A program made the translations under genes and the position numbers. A DNA stretch of 64,000 nt from Eledone cirrhosa (lineage: Eukaryota): positions 11,532,001 through 11,596,000 of the forward strand of contig OZ024749.1 in assembly GCA_964016885.1 (NCBI GenBank). The letters run 5' to 3'. Of the stretch, positions 13,331 to 26,378 are shown in pieces (position 1 is the stretch's first letter; each line of letters starts with the position of its first letter). Under the pieces are notes generated by a model. That model was given only the letters and a program-made list of their open reading frames with translations. It made no database searches and had not been told where the DNA came from.

Positions 13331-13459
13331 AATTGGTAAAGTCATTAGAACATTGGATAGAATGCTTTGCTGGCTTTCTCCACTCTCTCAGTTCAACTGA
13401 GGTCAACTTTGCCATCCTTTCAAAGTGAATAAAAAAAATGTACCAGTCCTGTACTAAGG

Positions 13460-13464
<5 letters not shown>

Positions 13465-13515
<51 letters not shown>

Positions 13516-13539
13516 ATATCTCTTTCTCACTTCCTCTCT

Positions 13540-13592
<53 letters not shown>

Positions 13593-13617
13593 ATATCTCT
13601 TTCTCACTTCCTCTCTA

Positions 13618-13683
<66 letters not shown>

Positions 13684-13709
13684 TATATCTCTTTCTCACT
13701 TCCTCTCTA

Positions 13710-13758
<49 letters not shown>

Positions 13759-13813
13759 ATATCTCTTTCTCACTTCCTCTCTATCACTCTCTCTCTCTCT
13801 CTCTCTCTCTCTC
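13465..13813. repeat. Compound (CT)n microsatellite with a repeated spacer
   Basis: (ct)n runs separated four times by cactatatctctttctcacttcctctctatc. Confidence 0.95.
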
Positions 13814-14489
13814 CTTTAGAAGAAATCAGCTGTTGATAGACCTGGAGAAGGGATGGCCTCCACCAAATTAAAAAAATGTCTGCAGCATGTTGTATGTCAC
13901 AACAGCACCCCTGTGACTCTGACCTGGTCCCCCCTATATCATATCAACCCATCCAACCTGATTCCCCCTATATCATATCAATCCATCCAACCTGGTCCCC
14001 CCTATACCAACCCAACTTGGATGGGTTGTCACACAGTCTGAGATTAGTTAGAGAGACCTCAACTTGCTCCTACCTTCCATGTTTGGCAGGGTTTGTATAA
14101 TTAGTGAAACAGTTGTCAATCTTCCTCCCCCTCATCACATCTCTTTTACCTTGCTTGCGTGGGTTGGACACTAGTCAGTGTCTTATTGTAAGTACATGCC
14201 ACTAGTACTTGTCATGTCACTACCATGCAGGGCATATCGTTTGTGGAGGGCATAAACAAATGTCACCACAGGCTTTATAAGCAGTGTTGATATGATGTTT
14301 GCAGCAACTAGAATACACACACACATAGCAGTGTGTATTTAGTTTAGAATAGGTATACCTTACTCTTGCATGTCATAAGAAGTGACTAAAAGGGTTAGTG
14401 TCAGGAAGGGCATTCAGCTATGAAACATTGTCTTAAAAGTCCCATCCAGCCCATGCCAACATGGACAAGTGGACATAAAAACAATCCTT

Positions 14490-17400
14490 TCACTAGGTTC
14501 ACCTGGCACTTCTTCACCCATCGGTCATAGTCGATGCACATCACATGTTCATAGCAACACAGTCTTCTCTCCTCCACACCATCTTAAACCCAGCTTCTCC
14601 CTCAGCTCATCCAAGCTCTGTCTTTCTCTCACATTTACATTGTACATCCAATAAAGCATAGTTGCTTCATGTCTTTCCAGTCTACACATGTCCTCTGCAT
14701 TCACAGCCCATGTTTCACTGCCATGTAGCACCACATGTCCTCTGCATTCACAGCCCATGTTTCACTGCCATGTAGCACCACATGTCCTCTGCAGTCACAG
14801 CCCATGTTTCACTGCCATGTAGCACCACATGTCCTCTGCAGTCACAGCCCATGTTTCACTGCCATGTAGCACCACACACAGGTGTCATACAGCCTTCCTT
14901 TTCTACAAAGGGAGAAACCTGTTGTTGTCATCAGTGGAAGCAGTTTTCTAAACTTCCATCCTAACCTTATTCTAGTTATTATATTCTTGGCACACCTTCC
15001 TCTGCTGCTAATTAGGTCACCTTGATAGCAGAAACTATCAACCACATCTATAGATCTTTCCTGTGACTGGAAAGGGTTTATATCATTGGTAGTCTTCATC
15101 TCAATTTCTTCTGTGCATCTTCTACAAGCAAAGTTCTCCGTTCCTGTTAGTCTACTCATTATCCCACTACATCTTTTGTGTACAGTGTGTACATTGTATG
15201 GAGGTTATGCCTACTCTCTTTCTACACTCTGAGCAGGGCCACTTCCCTGAAGGAATCAGGGTCCTATCTTCTCTCCTACTTACTAGCTCTTTAGTTTGGG
15301 CTAAGTTTCCTCTCAGACCTTTTGATTCCAAATTTAGTTTCCATAACTAGAATTTATTTTCTAGTTCTCTTTTGTTTTTAGCTATAAGGACCAGATCATC
15401 TGCACAGAGAAGTTCCCATTGGCAGCCCGTTTTAAACTCTTCTGTTATGGCCTGAAGAACTATGATGAACAACAGTGGGCTAAGAACTGAACCTTGATGA
15501 ACTCCTACCTGTACCTTGAATTCCTCACTAAATTCACTTTGTTGACAGCTCCTCTGAACATGACTTGCACTGCTCTCACAAGCCATTCTTCTACACCTAA
15601 TTTACTTAAGGCCCACCAGATAATAGATTGGGTGCTCTGTCAAATGCTTTTTCTAGGTCAACGAAAGATAGATATAGTGGCTTATTTTGGGCTAGGAATT
15701 TCTCTTGTAGTTGCCTTGCTAAAAAGAGGACATCTGTAGTACTTTTCCCAAGCATGAAACCAAATTGCATCTCATCTATTTTAACTCTTTCCCTAATTAG
15801 CTGCACTATAACTCTTTCTGTTACTTTCATAACTTGGTCCATTAGTTTTATTCCTCTATAGTTGCTCCTTTCTAGAGCATCACCATTGCCCTTGTAGCAA
15901 TTTATGATTGTACTGCTGCACCAGTTATTGGTTATGACTTCATCATGTATTACTTGGTTTGCTATGTGGGTTACTAGTTTGACTCCTACTTCTCCTGGTG
16001 CTTTTAGCATCTCAGAAACTATTTCTGATGGTCTCGCAGCTTTACCATTTTTCATCTCCTTGATTGCGTCTTTGACCCTAAAACTATCAAGTTCAATAGC
16101 TGGTCCTTACTTTAGGTAAGTTGGGGGTAGTTTCTCTTCCTCTCATTCATTCTCTACATTCATCAATCTCTCATAGTAAAACTATCAACTTCAATAGCTG
16201 GTCCTTACTTTGGGTAAGTTGGGGGTAGTTTCTCTTCCTCTCATTCATTCGCTACATTCATCAATCTCTCATAGTAACATTTCCAGGCCTCTTTCTTTTG
16301 AGCATCAGTGATACTAAATATACCCGCGTCATTTCTCACACATTTTCCCCTAACAAATCTTGATTCACACTAACACACTGCCTTGCAATGTGAAACACTT
16401 CACATCTCCAGACATTGGCAAATTTACTTTCTTCAGCCTCTCTCCGAGCTGTGGATACCTGTTGCCTAGCTTCTTTCTTAGCTACTTGGTACTGGTTTCT
16501 GCTACCACCATTTTTTAATCTTTCCATGCCTGTCTCTTGGCTTTAATGGGTCTATCTATTGTGCTGTTCCACCACCAGGTCACCCTATGACTGGCTGGTG
16601 CCACATGTCACATCAGCAGTTTGGAAAATGTTGTCACATAAGAATTTGTCCTCTACATCATAGGTATCTAGCTTGTCGTCCCACTCATCAAGTGAATTCA
16701 ATAGGGCCTTTCTAAACTTATATTTAATCAAGAGATCCTTTAGCTTCCACGCCCTCTGTCTCTTTATTTCCTGCATGTCTTGTTCTGTCTCATGTTTATT
16801 TTGATGTCACAAATAACTAACTTGTGCTGGGCAGTGCATTCTTCTCCAGGGAAGGCCTTTGAATTTAGTACTGTCCATTTGTCTTGTCTTAAAAGTAATC
16901 TATTTGGCTTGTGTGTTCACCTGATTGATATGAGATTAGGTGGCTGGCTTGTTTCCTGAAATTTGAGTTGCAGATGGTTAGTTCATTTGTATCACAGAAT
17001 TCCAGGAGTTTCAGCCCCACTTCATTTCTTGAGCCATAACCATAGCTACCATGAACTCACTGAATCCATCCTGGTACTGCCCCACATGTCCATTGAAGTC
17101 ACCTGCCAGGATTATTTGGTCTCTTTCGTCAATACCTGAAGTTGTCTGTAAAAGTTCCTCATAGAACCTGCCCTCTTGGTTTTTTACTCAATCCTGCCTG
17201 TGGGGCATAGGTAGATGTAATTGACACCATTCTATTTCCTAGAGTTAATCTAAGCTTGATAATCCTGTCACTTACCCTAACTACCCCTATCACTTTATCC
17301 ATTTCTCAGCTAGTAAGATACCTACACCTCCTACTCCATTGTCAGTAGAATTTATATCCAAGTTGCTTGCCTGTGATTAGTCTCGCTGAGGCACCTCTCC

Positions 17401-17930
17401 ATCTTGTACACAACAAACATTGACTCCTCTTCTCTCTTACAGTTCCACAATTTCACCTGATTTACCTTTCAATGTACCAACATTAAGGGTGGCAGTCCTG
17501 AGATTTGTACCTTGATAGTTGATACTTCCTTGGCTAGAGGTTATATGTGCTTGAAAGGGAAAGTGGTTGTGTGATTGCTTGATGATGGTCGAGGGGTTTT
17601 TGTACATGGATATCTAGCCACTCCACTACTGTGCACAGCACTAACATGACTAATGTTAGCCCTGTGGCCACACTTAGTGGAAATCATATTGGTCGTGCTT
17701 TTCATAGTTTTGGCTGGGTTTTACTGGCTGGAAACCTTTCCTATCACCAACCACATTAGTGTTAAGTGGGTGCATTGTTCATGCCACCAACACCAGAGAG
17801 GTTGTCTCACCAGACTTAACAGTCCTCTCCACTCTGTATCAGTTTTTATTTGGAGTGTCTACTCTCCTAGACAGGTTGCCTTCACAACAGCTTATGGAGC
17901 CCACGTCTGCCCCGTGCAGTCATTTTTAAA
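14490..17930 (-). mobile_element. Near full-length decayed RTE LINE (AP endonuclease + RT)
   Basis: Minus strand reads LRTATLNVGTLKGKSGEIVEL (APE N-terminus, about 17440-17500), NYRGIKL..., [45 protein letters not shown]; fragmented by stops and frameshifts; internal 47-bp and about 99-bp duplications. Confidence 0.92.
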
Positions 17931-17934
17931 TCAG

Positions 17935-18616
17935 TCACTGCCCTCCTAGATAGGTTACTCTCACTACAGCTTACGGGGTTACTGCCCTCCTAGATAGGCT
18001 GCTCTCACTACAGCTTACGGGGTTACTGCCCTCCTAGATAGGTTGCTCTCACTACAGCTTACGGGGTTACTGCCCTCCTAGATAGGTTGCTCTCACTACA
18101 GCTTACGGGGTTACTGCCCTCCTAGATAGGTTGCTCTCACTACAGCTTACAGGGTCACTGCCCTCCTAGATAGGTTGCTCTCACTACAGCTTACGGGGTC
18201 ACTGCCCTCCTAGATAGGTTGCTCTCACTACAGCTTACAGGGTTACTGCCCTCCTAGATAGGTTGCTCTCACTACAGCTTACGGGGTTACTGCCCTCCTA
18301 GATAGGTTGCTCTCACTACAGCTTACGGGGTCACTGCCTTCCTAGATAGGTTGCTCTCACTACAGCTTACGGGGTCACTGCCCTCCTAGATAGGTTGCTC
18401 TCACTACAGCTTACGGGGTTACTGCCCTCCTAGATAGGTTGCTCTCACTACAGCTTACGGGGTTACTGCCTTCCTAGATAGGTTGCTCTCACTACAGCTT
18501 ACAGGGTCACTGCCCTCCTAGATAGGTTACCTTCACTACAGCTTACGGGGTCACTGCTCTCACTACAGCTTACGGGGTCACTGTCCTCCTAGACAGGTTG
18601 CTCTCACTACAGCTTA
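17935..18616. repeat. 44-bp minisatellite, about 15 copies, at the RTE 5' end
   Basis: Unit ctgccctcctagataggttgctctcactacagcttacggggtta. Confidence 0.97.
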
Positions 18617-19147
18617 AGGAGTAAATACCTATTGGTAGTTCAATAATTTCATCCCATCATCGTCATCATCTTACATCATTTTCCACATGGGTATTGGTTG
18701 GACACAGTTTTCCACACTGGTATTGGTTGAAAAGTTTGGCATGGTCTGAGATTAGACAGATCAGGGGACCATGTCTTGCTCATATGTTCCATATTTGGGC
18801 ATGGATTTTACAGCTGGATACCCTTCCTAATGCCAACCATTTTACACCGGTGTACTGGATGCATTTTATTGTGTTACCAGTACTACTATTCTACAGGGTT
18901 TACTGGGTATATTTTATTGCGGTAACAGTACTACCACTATACTGAATGTACTGGGTGTATTTTATTGTGGCACCAGTACTACCATTTTACATGGTGTACT
19001 GGGTATATTTTATTGTGGCACCAACACTACAACTTTAGAGAATGTACTGGTGCATTTATTTATAATATTAATTTTGTGACATTTTTTTTCCCTTTGCTTT
19101 TATTTCATACTCCTTCAGTGTGTATTTTTCTTCTTTCATTTTTCTAG

Positions 19148-19217
19148 TTGTACAATTTACAAGGTACAAACCTTTATAGTGAACAGGCGTTGATGCCATA
19201 TGTACAAAGTGATAATG
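19148..19217 (+). CDS. UBE3C: UBE3C-like coding exon 5 (poorly conserved linker)
   Basis: long pyrimidine tract + ttctag|, |gtgagt; LYNLQGTNLYSEQALMPYVQSDN; supplies the phase 0 to phase 1 change needed between exons 4 and 6. Confidence 0.75.
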
Positions 19218-20113
19218 GTGAGTTTTGAAATACTTTCACTCAACTTGGTGTTGTTGTATGTGCAAAGTGATAATGGTGAGTTTTGTTTGCTTGCAAAGAA
19301 GTTACACATCTTTCCAAATGACCCTTCTATGATGTAATTGTTTTTAATTTTTTAAGTAGAGAAATAGTTTTTGTTGAAGAAATCTTGTGTACAACATTTA
19401 GTTTCATATAACTAATGTTGAAATGAGGCAGTGCTGGTGTCATGATAAAAACATCCTGTATACCTTGTAAGGTTGTAGTGCTGGTGTCATGGTAAAAGTA
19501 CCCAGTCCACCTTGTAAAGTAGTTGTGCTGGTGCCAGAATGATTGCGCCCAGTCCATCCTGTAAAGTAGTAGGTGTGGTGCCACAACAAAAAAGTGCCCC
19601 AGCAAATGGCGATGCCCCAGCATGGCCTCAACCTGTCAGCTAGAACATGTAATAGGAGGCAATGTTGGTGCCATAATAATATCACCCAGTCTACTCTATG
19701 AGATGGTAGTGTTCAAATCCCGCCATGGTTAATTTTACCTTTCATCCCTCTTGAGTCAATAAAATAAAGTACCAGTAAAATTCTGGGGTCAATATAATCA
19801 ACTTCCGCCTTTCTCCCTAAGTGCTGACCTCTTGCCAATGTTAGAAAGAATTATTAGAGGAAGACAAACAATGAATTACTGATGGGAAACAGTCAGTGGT
19901 GGATGTTATGAAAAGAAATAAGGTGTCTTGCCCAATATGTCCGTCTCCCTGTCCAGGAATCAAACTCACAACCTTATGGCCATGAACCCATCACTCTAAC
20001 AACTAAGCCACACTCCTCATTTTAGTAAAGTGGTGATGAAATTCTTACTAAATGTAGCTGTTTGTATAACTTTTATTATTTTTTATGAATATTTTTTGTA
20101 TATTTTTTTTAAG

Positions 20114-20211
20114 GTGCAGATTCTGGGCCCCCTTTATCGGGAAGAGATATATGGAACCTTATCATCCTTACTGAATTACCATTTGTTGTACGTTTTACAG
20201 ATAGAATTAAG
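20114..20211 (+). CDS. UBE3C: UBE3C-like coding exon 6
   Basis: ttttaag| ... |gtaggt; GADSGPPLSGRDIWNLIILTELPFVVRFTDRIK, compare UBE3C PPLS...LTELPFVVPFEERVK. Confidence 0.9.
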
Positions 20212-21313
20212 GTAGGTTAATTTAAAAGTTTAACTATTTTGATAGCAACTAGGCCATAACCAGCTTTGCTTTGATGAAACAAAATTTTCAAATCATTTTG
20301 AAAATAATGAAAAATTTGGAGGGATTTAGTAATGTAACTAACTTCATCTTTAAATTGGTAGTTATAAAGGTTCTCAAATTATGATTGAAGGTTTTTACAT
20401 AAATAAACAACTTAATATTGTAGAACCAGAGATGGTTTCAAGTAGTTTGGTATTTCAAACATACCTCTTAACCCTTTTGATATAACCTGGCCAAAGCTTA
20501 CACTAGTTCTATCAAACAAATCCACCCATTTTAAGGAGTTCCTGTTTAAATTGAAATATTCCAACATAATTATTTATAAGAATTATGTATTAAGTTATCT
20601 TAGTTCAAATCCCGCTGAGGTTAGCTTTGCCTTTCATCCTTACAAAGTCGATGAAATAAAGTACCAGTAATGTACTGGGGTCGATTTAATCGACTTTCCC
20701 CTCCCCTTCAAATTACTGGCCTTGTGTCTAAAATAGAAACAATTATCTTAGTAATGAAAGAATTAATAATTTTAGTAATTCCCTCAAAATTCTTCATTAA
20801 TTAATTGAAATATAGTGTATTTCATTAGATATATGGTTAACAGATTGAATTTAAATTTTAACATTTGTTCTTATAAGAAAACATTTTAAACACTACCTGT
20901 CACCTGCCATCTTGTATGAATTGATAGTATCTAGCATGCTAAGGGTTGTCGGTGCCCCATGCTGTCATAAGCAGACAGACACTTTCTCTCACTTGATCCA
21001 GTAGAACATCCAGGACGTGACAGAGCGCTTGCACCAGTACTGGGTTGGCATTTTCTTTACCAAACCCCAAATGGATGAAAGGCAAAGTGGATTGCGTCAG
21101 CAGGAGTTGAATGCAGTGAGCTGGAACAAATATCCAACGCTCTAACAACTCTACCAAACAAACTGACTTTAAAACCATTTCATTAACATTATACAAATGA
21201 TGTTGTAGTATCTTGTTCAGATAATTATATTTTTATATTGGCAAAACCTTTGAAATACAGAAAGACTGCTGGGGGTCATCATGAAAATATTTGTTGTTTT
21301 ATGTCTTTATTAG

Positions 21314-21455
21314 ATTCTTCATCAACATGTAAACCAAGACAGAGAAGAACACCAATCTGAAATGACCAACTTTCAATTAGGTTTATCAATTAATATCAAG
21401 ATTAGAAGAAACTATATTTATGAAGATGCATTTGAGAAGTTATCTGAAGAGAATG
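21314..21455 (+). CDS. UBE3C: UBE3C-like coding exon 7 (start of HECT region)
   Basis: ttattag| ... |gtagtt; ILHQHVNQDREEHQSEMTNFQLGLSINIKIRRNYIYEDAFEKLSEEN with the IRRNYIYEDA motif. Confidence 0.93.
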
Positions 21456-21469
21456 GTAGTTATTAATTA

Positions 21470-21510
<41 letters not shown>

Positions 21511-21620
21511 TCATCATCATCAACATCATTTTGACATCTGTTTTTCCATGCTTGCATGGGTTGGACGGGTCCTTCTCAACACGGCATCTCTCTTTGTCAT
21601 CTCCTCTGCCTGTCTTAGCG

Positions 21621-21659
<39 letters not shown>

Positions 21660-21915
21660 GTTTAAGCAAAGAATCGCTGCTTTCACCCTTAACGGGATCT
21701 TCTTATATATTTGATATATATTTATCCTTATCGAGCCCACTTTGGATTTTAGTCTTCAAATTTATTATTATTACTATATATATATATATATAGATTTTGA
21801 GTATATGTTGGCTGTATACCAACACCTCAGTATGCAGGTTGGTTTGGTTACTCCGGAGTAATGTAAAATAAAGTAAAATAAAAAGTCAAATGTTTAAAAT
21901 TTAGCTTCGTTTATT

Positions 21916-21970
21916 ACTGCTATATATATTTCGGTGACAGCCATCTTTGGCTGTGACCTCTTCAGGCAGT
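21916..21970 (-). ncRNA. Type I minimal hammerhead ribozyme
   Basis: ACUGC-CUGAAGA-GGUCACAGCCA(AAGA)UGGCUGUCACC-GAA-AUAUAUAU-A-GCAGU: 5-bp stem I, stem II with one mismatch, palindromic stem III. Confidence 0.85.
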
Positions 21971-22047
21971 CCGAATTAGTGTGGTATAGACAAGTACAAT
22001 TATACACCTCAACAACATATGTACTTGTCTATACCACACTAATTCGG

Positions 22048-22102
22048 ACTGCCTGAAGAGGTCACAGCCAAAGATGGCTGTCACCGAAATATATATAGGA
22101 GT
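22048..22102 (+). ncRNA. Hammerhead ribozyme, inverted copy with a stem I mismatch
   Basis: Same as 21916-21970 except the 3' strand of stem I is GGAGU instead of GCAGU. Confidence 0.65.
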
Positions 22103-22157
22103 AATAAACGAAGCTAAATTTTAAACATTTGACTTTTTATTTTATATATATATATAT

Positions 22158-22498
22158 ATCATCATCATCATTTCATTTTATGTCCACTTTTTCCCTGCTT
22201 GCAAGGGTGGGACGGGAAATGATTCTGGTTTGATTTCTACAGCTGGATGCCCTTCCTAACACCAACCTCATTTACAGTGAGTGCTGGGTGCTTTTTTGCC
22301 ATGGCACCTCCACGTCCACTTTGCAGTGGAACGATATGGACCCCAGTCCTATCATCTCATTTCTACAGCTGAGTAAACTGGAGCAGTGTGAAATAAAGTG
22401 TCTTGCTCAAGGAAAGAACACATCACCTGGTCTGAGAATTGAACTCACAACCATTCAATTGCAAGGCCAATGCTCTAACCACTAAGCCATGTGCCTCT
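22158..22498 (-). mobile_element. SINE family A copy
   Basis: Reverse complement of 4702-5047; further copies at 23205-23470 (partial), 26775-27117, 51961-52300, 56515-56890. Confidence 0.85.
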
Positions 22499-22734
22499 AT
22501 ATATATGCGTGTGTGTGTGTGTAAATATATATATTTATAAAGAATTCAAAGTTTGAAAGCCACATCAATGCGGATTGGACAGAAAATAATCAAGTTGTAA
22601 GAAACGAGGGTTTTTGTTACCTTAATTTATTCATATGTCCTGATATTTTGAGATTAATATGTCTTCTTCCAAGGAAAATAAAGGAACTATTCCAGTGTCC
22701 GATGTGGCTTTCTATACCATGCTGGTCAATGTGT

Positions 22735-23812
22735 GTTTAGGTGTTTGTGTCTGTGTCCATCACACCTATCAGCCTACAAAGATGGCATCAGGTGTCATTC
22801 GGGGACTATCTGCTGTTGATATAACACCAAATTAATAGCTTTTCCCCAAATCAAATCAGTCCACTATTTTCTATCTTCTATTTTTTTCTCTATCTCCTAT
22901 CTTCCATTCTGTGTTTGGGTTCAATGTAATCCTGTTACATAATTCTCCATACATGTGTATATATTTATATATACATGTATGTACATACACACACACACAC
23001 ATATATATATATATGTATCATTTATGTTAGGTTGTTTACCAATGGGAAGAACTGGAAGTTTGGGTTGGTAAATGATGATGCAACAAATCAATTAAAGCAA
23101 TGTTATGCTAGTCATACATCGTAGATGTGGTATCCAGTGGTTGGTGCAGGAACGGAGTAAAGTATTCCTCAACAACAGAAGGCCGGACTGGAAAATTAAC
23201 TTTCATCATCATCATCATCATCATTTTACGTCCGCTTTTCCCTGCTTGCAAGGGTGGGACGGGAACTGATTCTGGCTTGATTTCTACAGCTGGATGCCCT
23301 TCCTAACACCAACCTCATTTACAGTGAGTGCTGGGTGCTTTTTTGTCGTGGCACCTCCACGACCACTTTGCAGTGGAATGATAGGGACCCCAGTCCTATC
23401 ATCTCATTTCTACAGCTGAGTAAACTGGAGCAATGTGAAATAAAGTTTCTTGCTCAAGGAAACAACAGGACACTTTATTTTACACTGCTCCAGTTTAACT
23501 TTAGAATTTAAATTCTGTGAAATCACTATGCATACTTCAATGGCCCAGCTTTATTGTCCGGTTGTGATGGAAGTCTAGGTGATTTCATCAGGTGTTATTT
23601 GCAGAATTATATAACAGGATTACATTGAACCCAAACATAGAATGGAAGATAGGAGATAGAGAAAAAAATAGAAAATAGTGGACTGATTTCATTTGGGAAC
23701 AGTTTGCTATTTCGGTGTTATATCAACAGCAGACGGTCCCTGGATGACACCTGATGCCAGCTTTGTAGGCTGATAGGTGTGATGGACACAGACACAAATG
23801 TACACACCTTGA
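22735..23812. repeat. Diverged inverted repeat pair (about 22735-22948 and 23604-23812)
   Basis: tgtgtctgtgtccatcacacctatcagcctacaaag...gggttcaatgtaatcctgtta recurs as its reverse complement; a SINE A lies in the spacer. Confidence 0.8.
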
Positions 23813-23956
23813 CACACATAGATACACATGCACACATACATGCACATGCACACATACATGTACAGGCACACATACATGTACAGGCACACATACATGCACA
23901 GGCATACATATTAAAATAGGGAGAAACCAGTTTAACATGTTTAATTCATTATATAT

Positions 23957-25019
23957 GCTTTAGCAGTGGTCAGACTTCCTATGTAACGGACTCCTCGGAC
24001 AGTCCAACTCATACTTTAGCAGTGGTCAGACTTCCGACGTAAGGACTCCTCGGACAGTCCAACTCATACTTTAGCAGTGGTCAGACTTCCTATGTAACGG
24101 ACTCCTCAGACAGTCCAACTCATACTTTAGCAGTGGTCAGACTTCCTATGTAACGGACTCCTCGGACAGTCCAACTCATACTTTAGCAGTGGTCAGACTT
24201 CCTATGTAACGGACTCCTCGGACAGTCCAACTCATACTTTAGCAGTGGTCAGACTTCCTATGTAACGGACTCCTCAAACAGTCCAACTCATACTTTAGCA
24301 GTGGTCAGACTTCCTATGTAACGGACTCCTCGGACAGTCCAACTCATACTTTAGCAGTGATCATACTTCCTACGTAACAGACTCCTCGGACAGTCCAACT
24401 CATACTTTAGCAGTGGTCAGACTTCCTATGTAACGGACTCCTCGGACAGTCCAACTCATACTTTCGCAGTGGTCAGACTTCCTATGTAATGGACTCCTCG
24501 GACAGTCCAACTCATACTTTAGCAGTTGTCAGACTTCCTATGTAACGGACTCCTCGGACAGTCCAACTCATACTTTAGCAGTGGTCAGACTTCCTACGTA
24601 ACGGACTCCTCGGAAAGTCCAACTCATACTTTCGCAGTGGTCAGACTTCCTATGTAATGGACTCCTCGGACAGTCCAACTCATACTTTTACAGTGGTCAG
24701 ACTTCCTATGTAACGGACTCCTCGGACAGTCCAACTCATACTTTAGCAGTGGTCAGACTTCCTACGTAACGGACTCCTCGGAAAGTCCAACTCATACTTT
24801 AGCAGTGGTCAGACTTCCTACGTAACGGACTCCTCGGACAGTCCAACTCATACTTTAGCAGTGGTCAGACTTCCTATGTAATGGACACCTCGGACAGTCC
24901 AACTCATACTTTAGCAGTGGTCAGACTTCCTATGTAATGGACTCCTCGGACAGTCCAACTCATACTTTAGCAGTGGTCAGACTTCCTATGTAATGGACAC
25001 CTCGGACAGTCCAACTCAT
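23957..25019. repeat. 56-bp minisatellite, about 19 copies
   Basis: Unit actttagcagtggtcagacttcctatgtaacggactcctcggacagtccaactcat; direct tandem with no unique spacers. Confidence 0.97.
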
Positions 25020-25724
25020 GCTAATGTGAAAACAAATAAAATGCTAATGATGGCATGTGTATATATATCATCATCATCATCACTGTATAACATCTATTTT
25101 CCATGGATTAGAGAGGCTGTCATGTTATTAAGCCACACAGGTCAGGTGACCATGTCTTGCTCATATATTCCATTTGGGGCTTGGTTTTCTGTGGCTGGAT
25201 GCCCTTCCTAATGCCAACCACCTATTACATGCACATACACATGCTTTTTCTTCCCGAAAATGTTTTTCCACTTCTTTATCTATTTCATCTTTTATTTCTC
25301 ATTCTATCTGCTGATGAAAGATTAGTGTCTGAAACATAAAAACTCTTTTCCTACTATATCAAGCATTGAACTAATATATTTTCTCCATTGTACTGTATTG
25401 TTTGCTTTGTTGTTTTCAGTTACCTTTCACACACACACACACACACATACACATATATATATACATATATGCATATACAAAACGGGCTTCTGTACTTTCC
25501 ATTGACCAAATTCCACTGATAAGACATTAGTCAACCCATTGCTATAGTAGAAACACTTGCTCAAGGTACTGTGCAGCAGGATTGAACCCACAACCACATG
25601 GTTGTGAAGTAAATTTCTCGAGCACATAGCCATGCCTAAACCTAGATATGTGTTTTTGGAAATATTTCTGAGCACTATTAAAACTGGTTTTAAACATTGT
25701 TGATTCTGCCTCAAAGGAAAATAA

Positions 25725-26110
25725 TACTGACCTTGCTGCAGAAACTACGATCAAGACCAACAGGTAGCTGATACTGCCCAACGGAGTAAATAGAAGTGAC
25801 CTTGCTTTAGAAACTACGATCAAGACCAACAGGTAGCTGATACTGCCCAACGGAATAAATAGAAGTGACCTTGCTGTAGAAACTACGGTCAAGTCCAAAG
25901 GTAGATGATACTGCCCGACGGAGTAAATAGAAGTGACCTTGCTTTAGAAACTACGGTCAAGTCCAAAGGTAGCTGATACTGCCCGACGGAGTAAATAGAA
26001 GTGACCTTGCTTTAGAAACTACGGTCAAGTTCAACAGGTAGCTGATACTGCCCGACGGAGTAAATAGAAGTGACCTTGCTTTAGAAACTACGGTCCAACA
26101 GGTAGCTGAA
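25725..26110. repeat. 68-69-bp minisatellite, about 5.5 copies
   Basis: Unit gaccttgctttagaaactacgatcaagaccaacaggtagctgatactgcccaacggagtaaatagaagt. Confidence 0.95.
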
Positions 26111-26378
26111 TGACATGAAGGTCACTGTTTTGTCTTTGTTGCTCCCTTTGTTAAGGTCGTCATGGTGATGATGATGGTTTTTGTGGGAGTGAGGGGTGAT
26201 GAGGGTGTTTGTGGTGGTGGTGGTGATGATGGTAGTAGTGGTGGTGGGGGTGGGGGTGATGGTACCGATGGTGGCGGTGAGGGTAGTGGGGGTGATGGTA
26301 CCGGGGGTGGGGGTGAGGGTAGCGGTGGTGGCGGCTGTAATGTTGAGGATGATGATGTATATTTCTATTTTTCCCCAG

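Larger units (their letters stand above)
21793..22144 (-). mobile_element. Fold-back element 1 (Penelope-like pLTR type): about 80-bp tail + 125-bp inverted arms, in (TA)n
   Basis: Arms 21874-21998 and 22020-22144 are reverse complements with one mismatch, 21-nt spacer; both contain a hammerhead core. Confidence 0.85.

Noticed and set aside
13438-13836. Ser-Leu repeat ORFs
   Set aside because: Translation of a (CT)n microsatellite.
17600-17930. Possible HDV-like ribozyme in the RTE 5' UTR (known for some RTE elements)
   Set aside because: I could not fold a nested double pseudoknot by eye; it needs a descriptor search.
23957-25019. Regularly spaced repeat with an internal hairpin (ggact...agtcc), superficially CRISPR-like
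   Set aside because: Units are contiguous and near-identical with no unique spacers, there are no cas genes, and the context is a eukaryotic intron; it is a minisatellite.
26162-26378. Gly-rich N-terminal extension in frame with exon 8
   Set aside because: Low-complexity (GGT/GAT)n intron sequence. The upstream AG at 26154-26155 gives the wrong phase and a stop, while the acceptor at 26378 matches the phase and homology.
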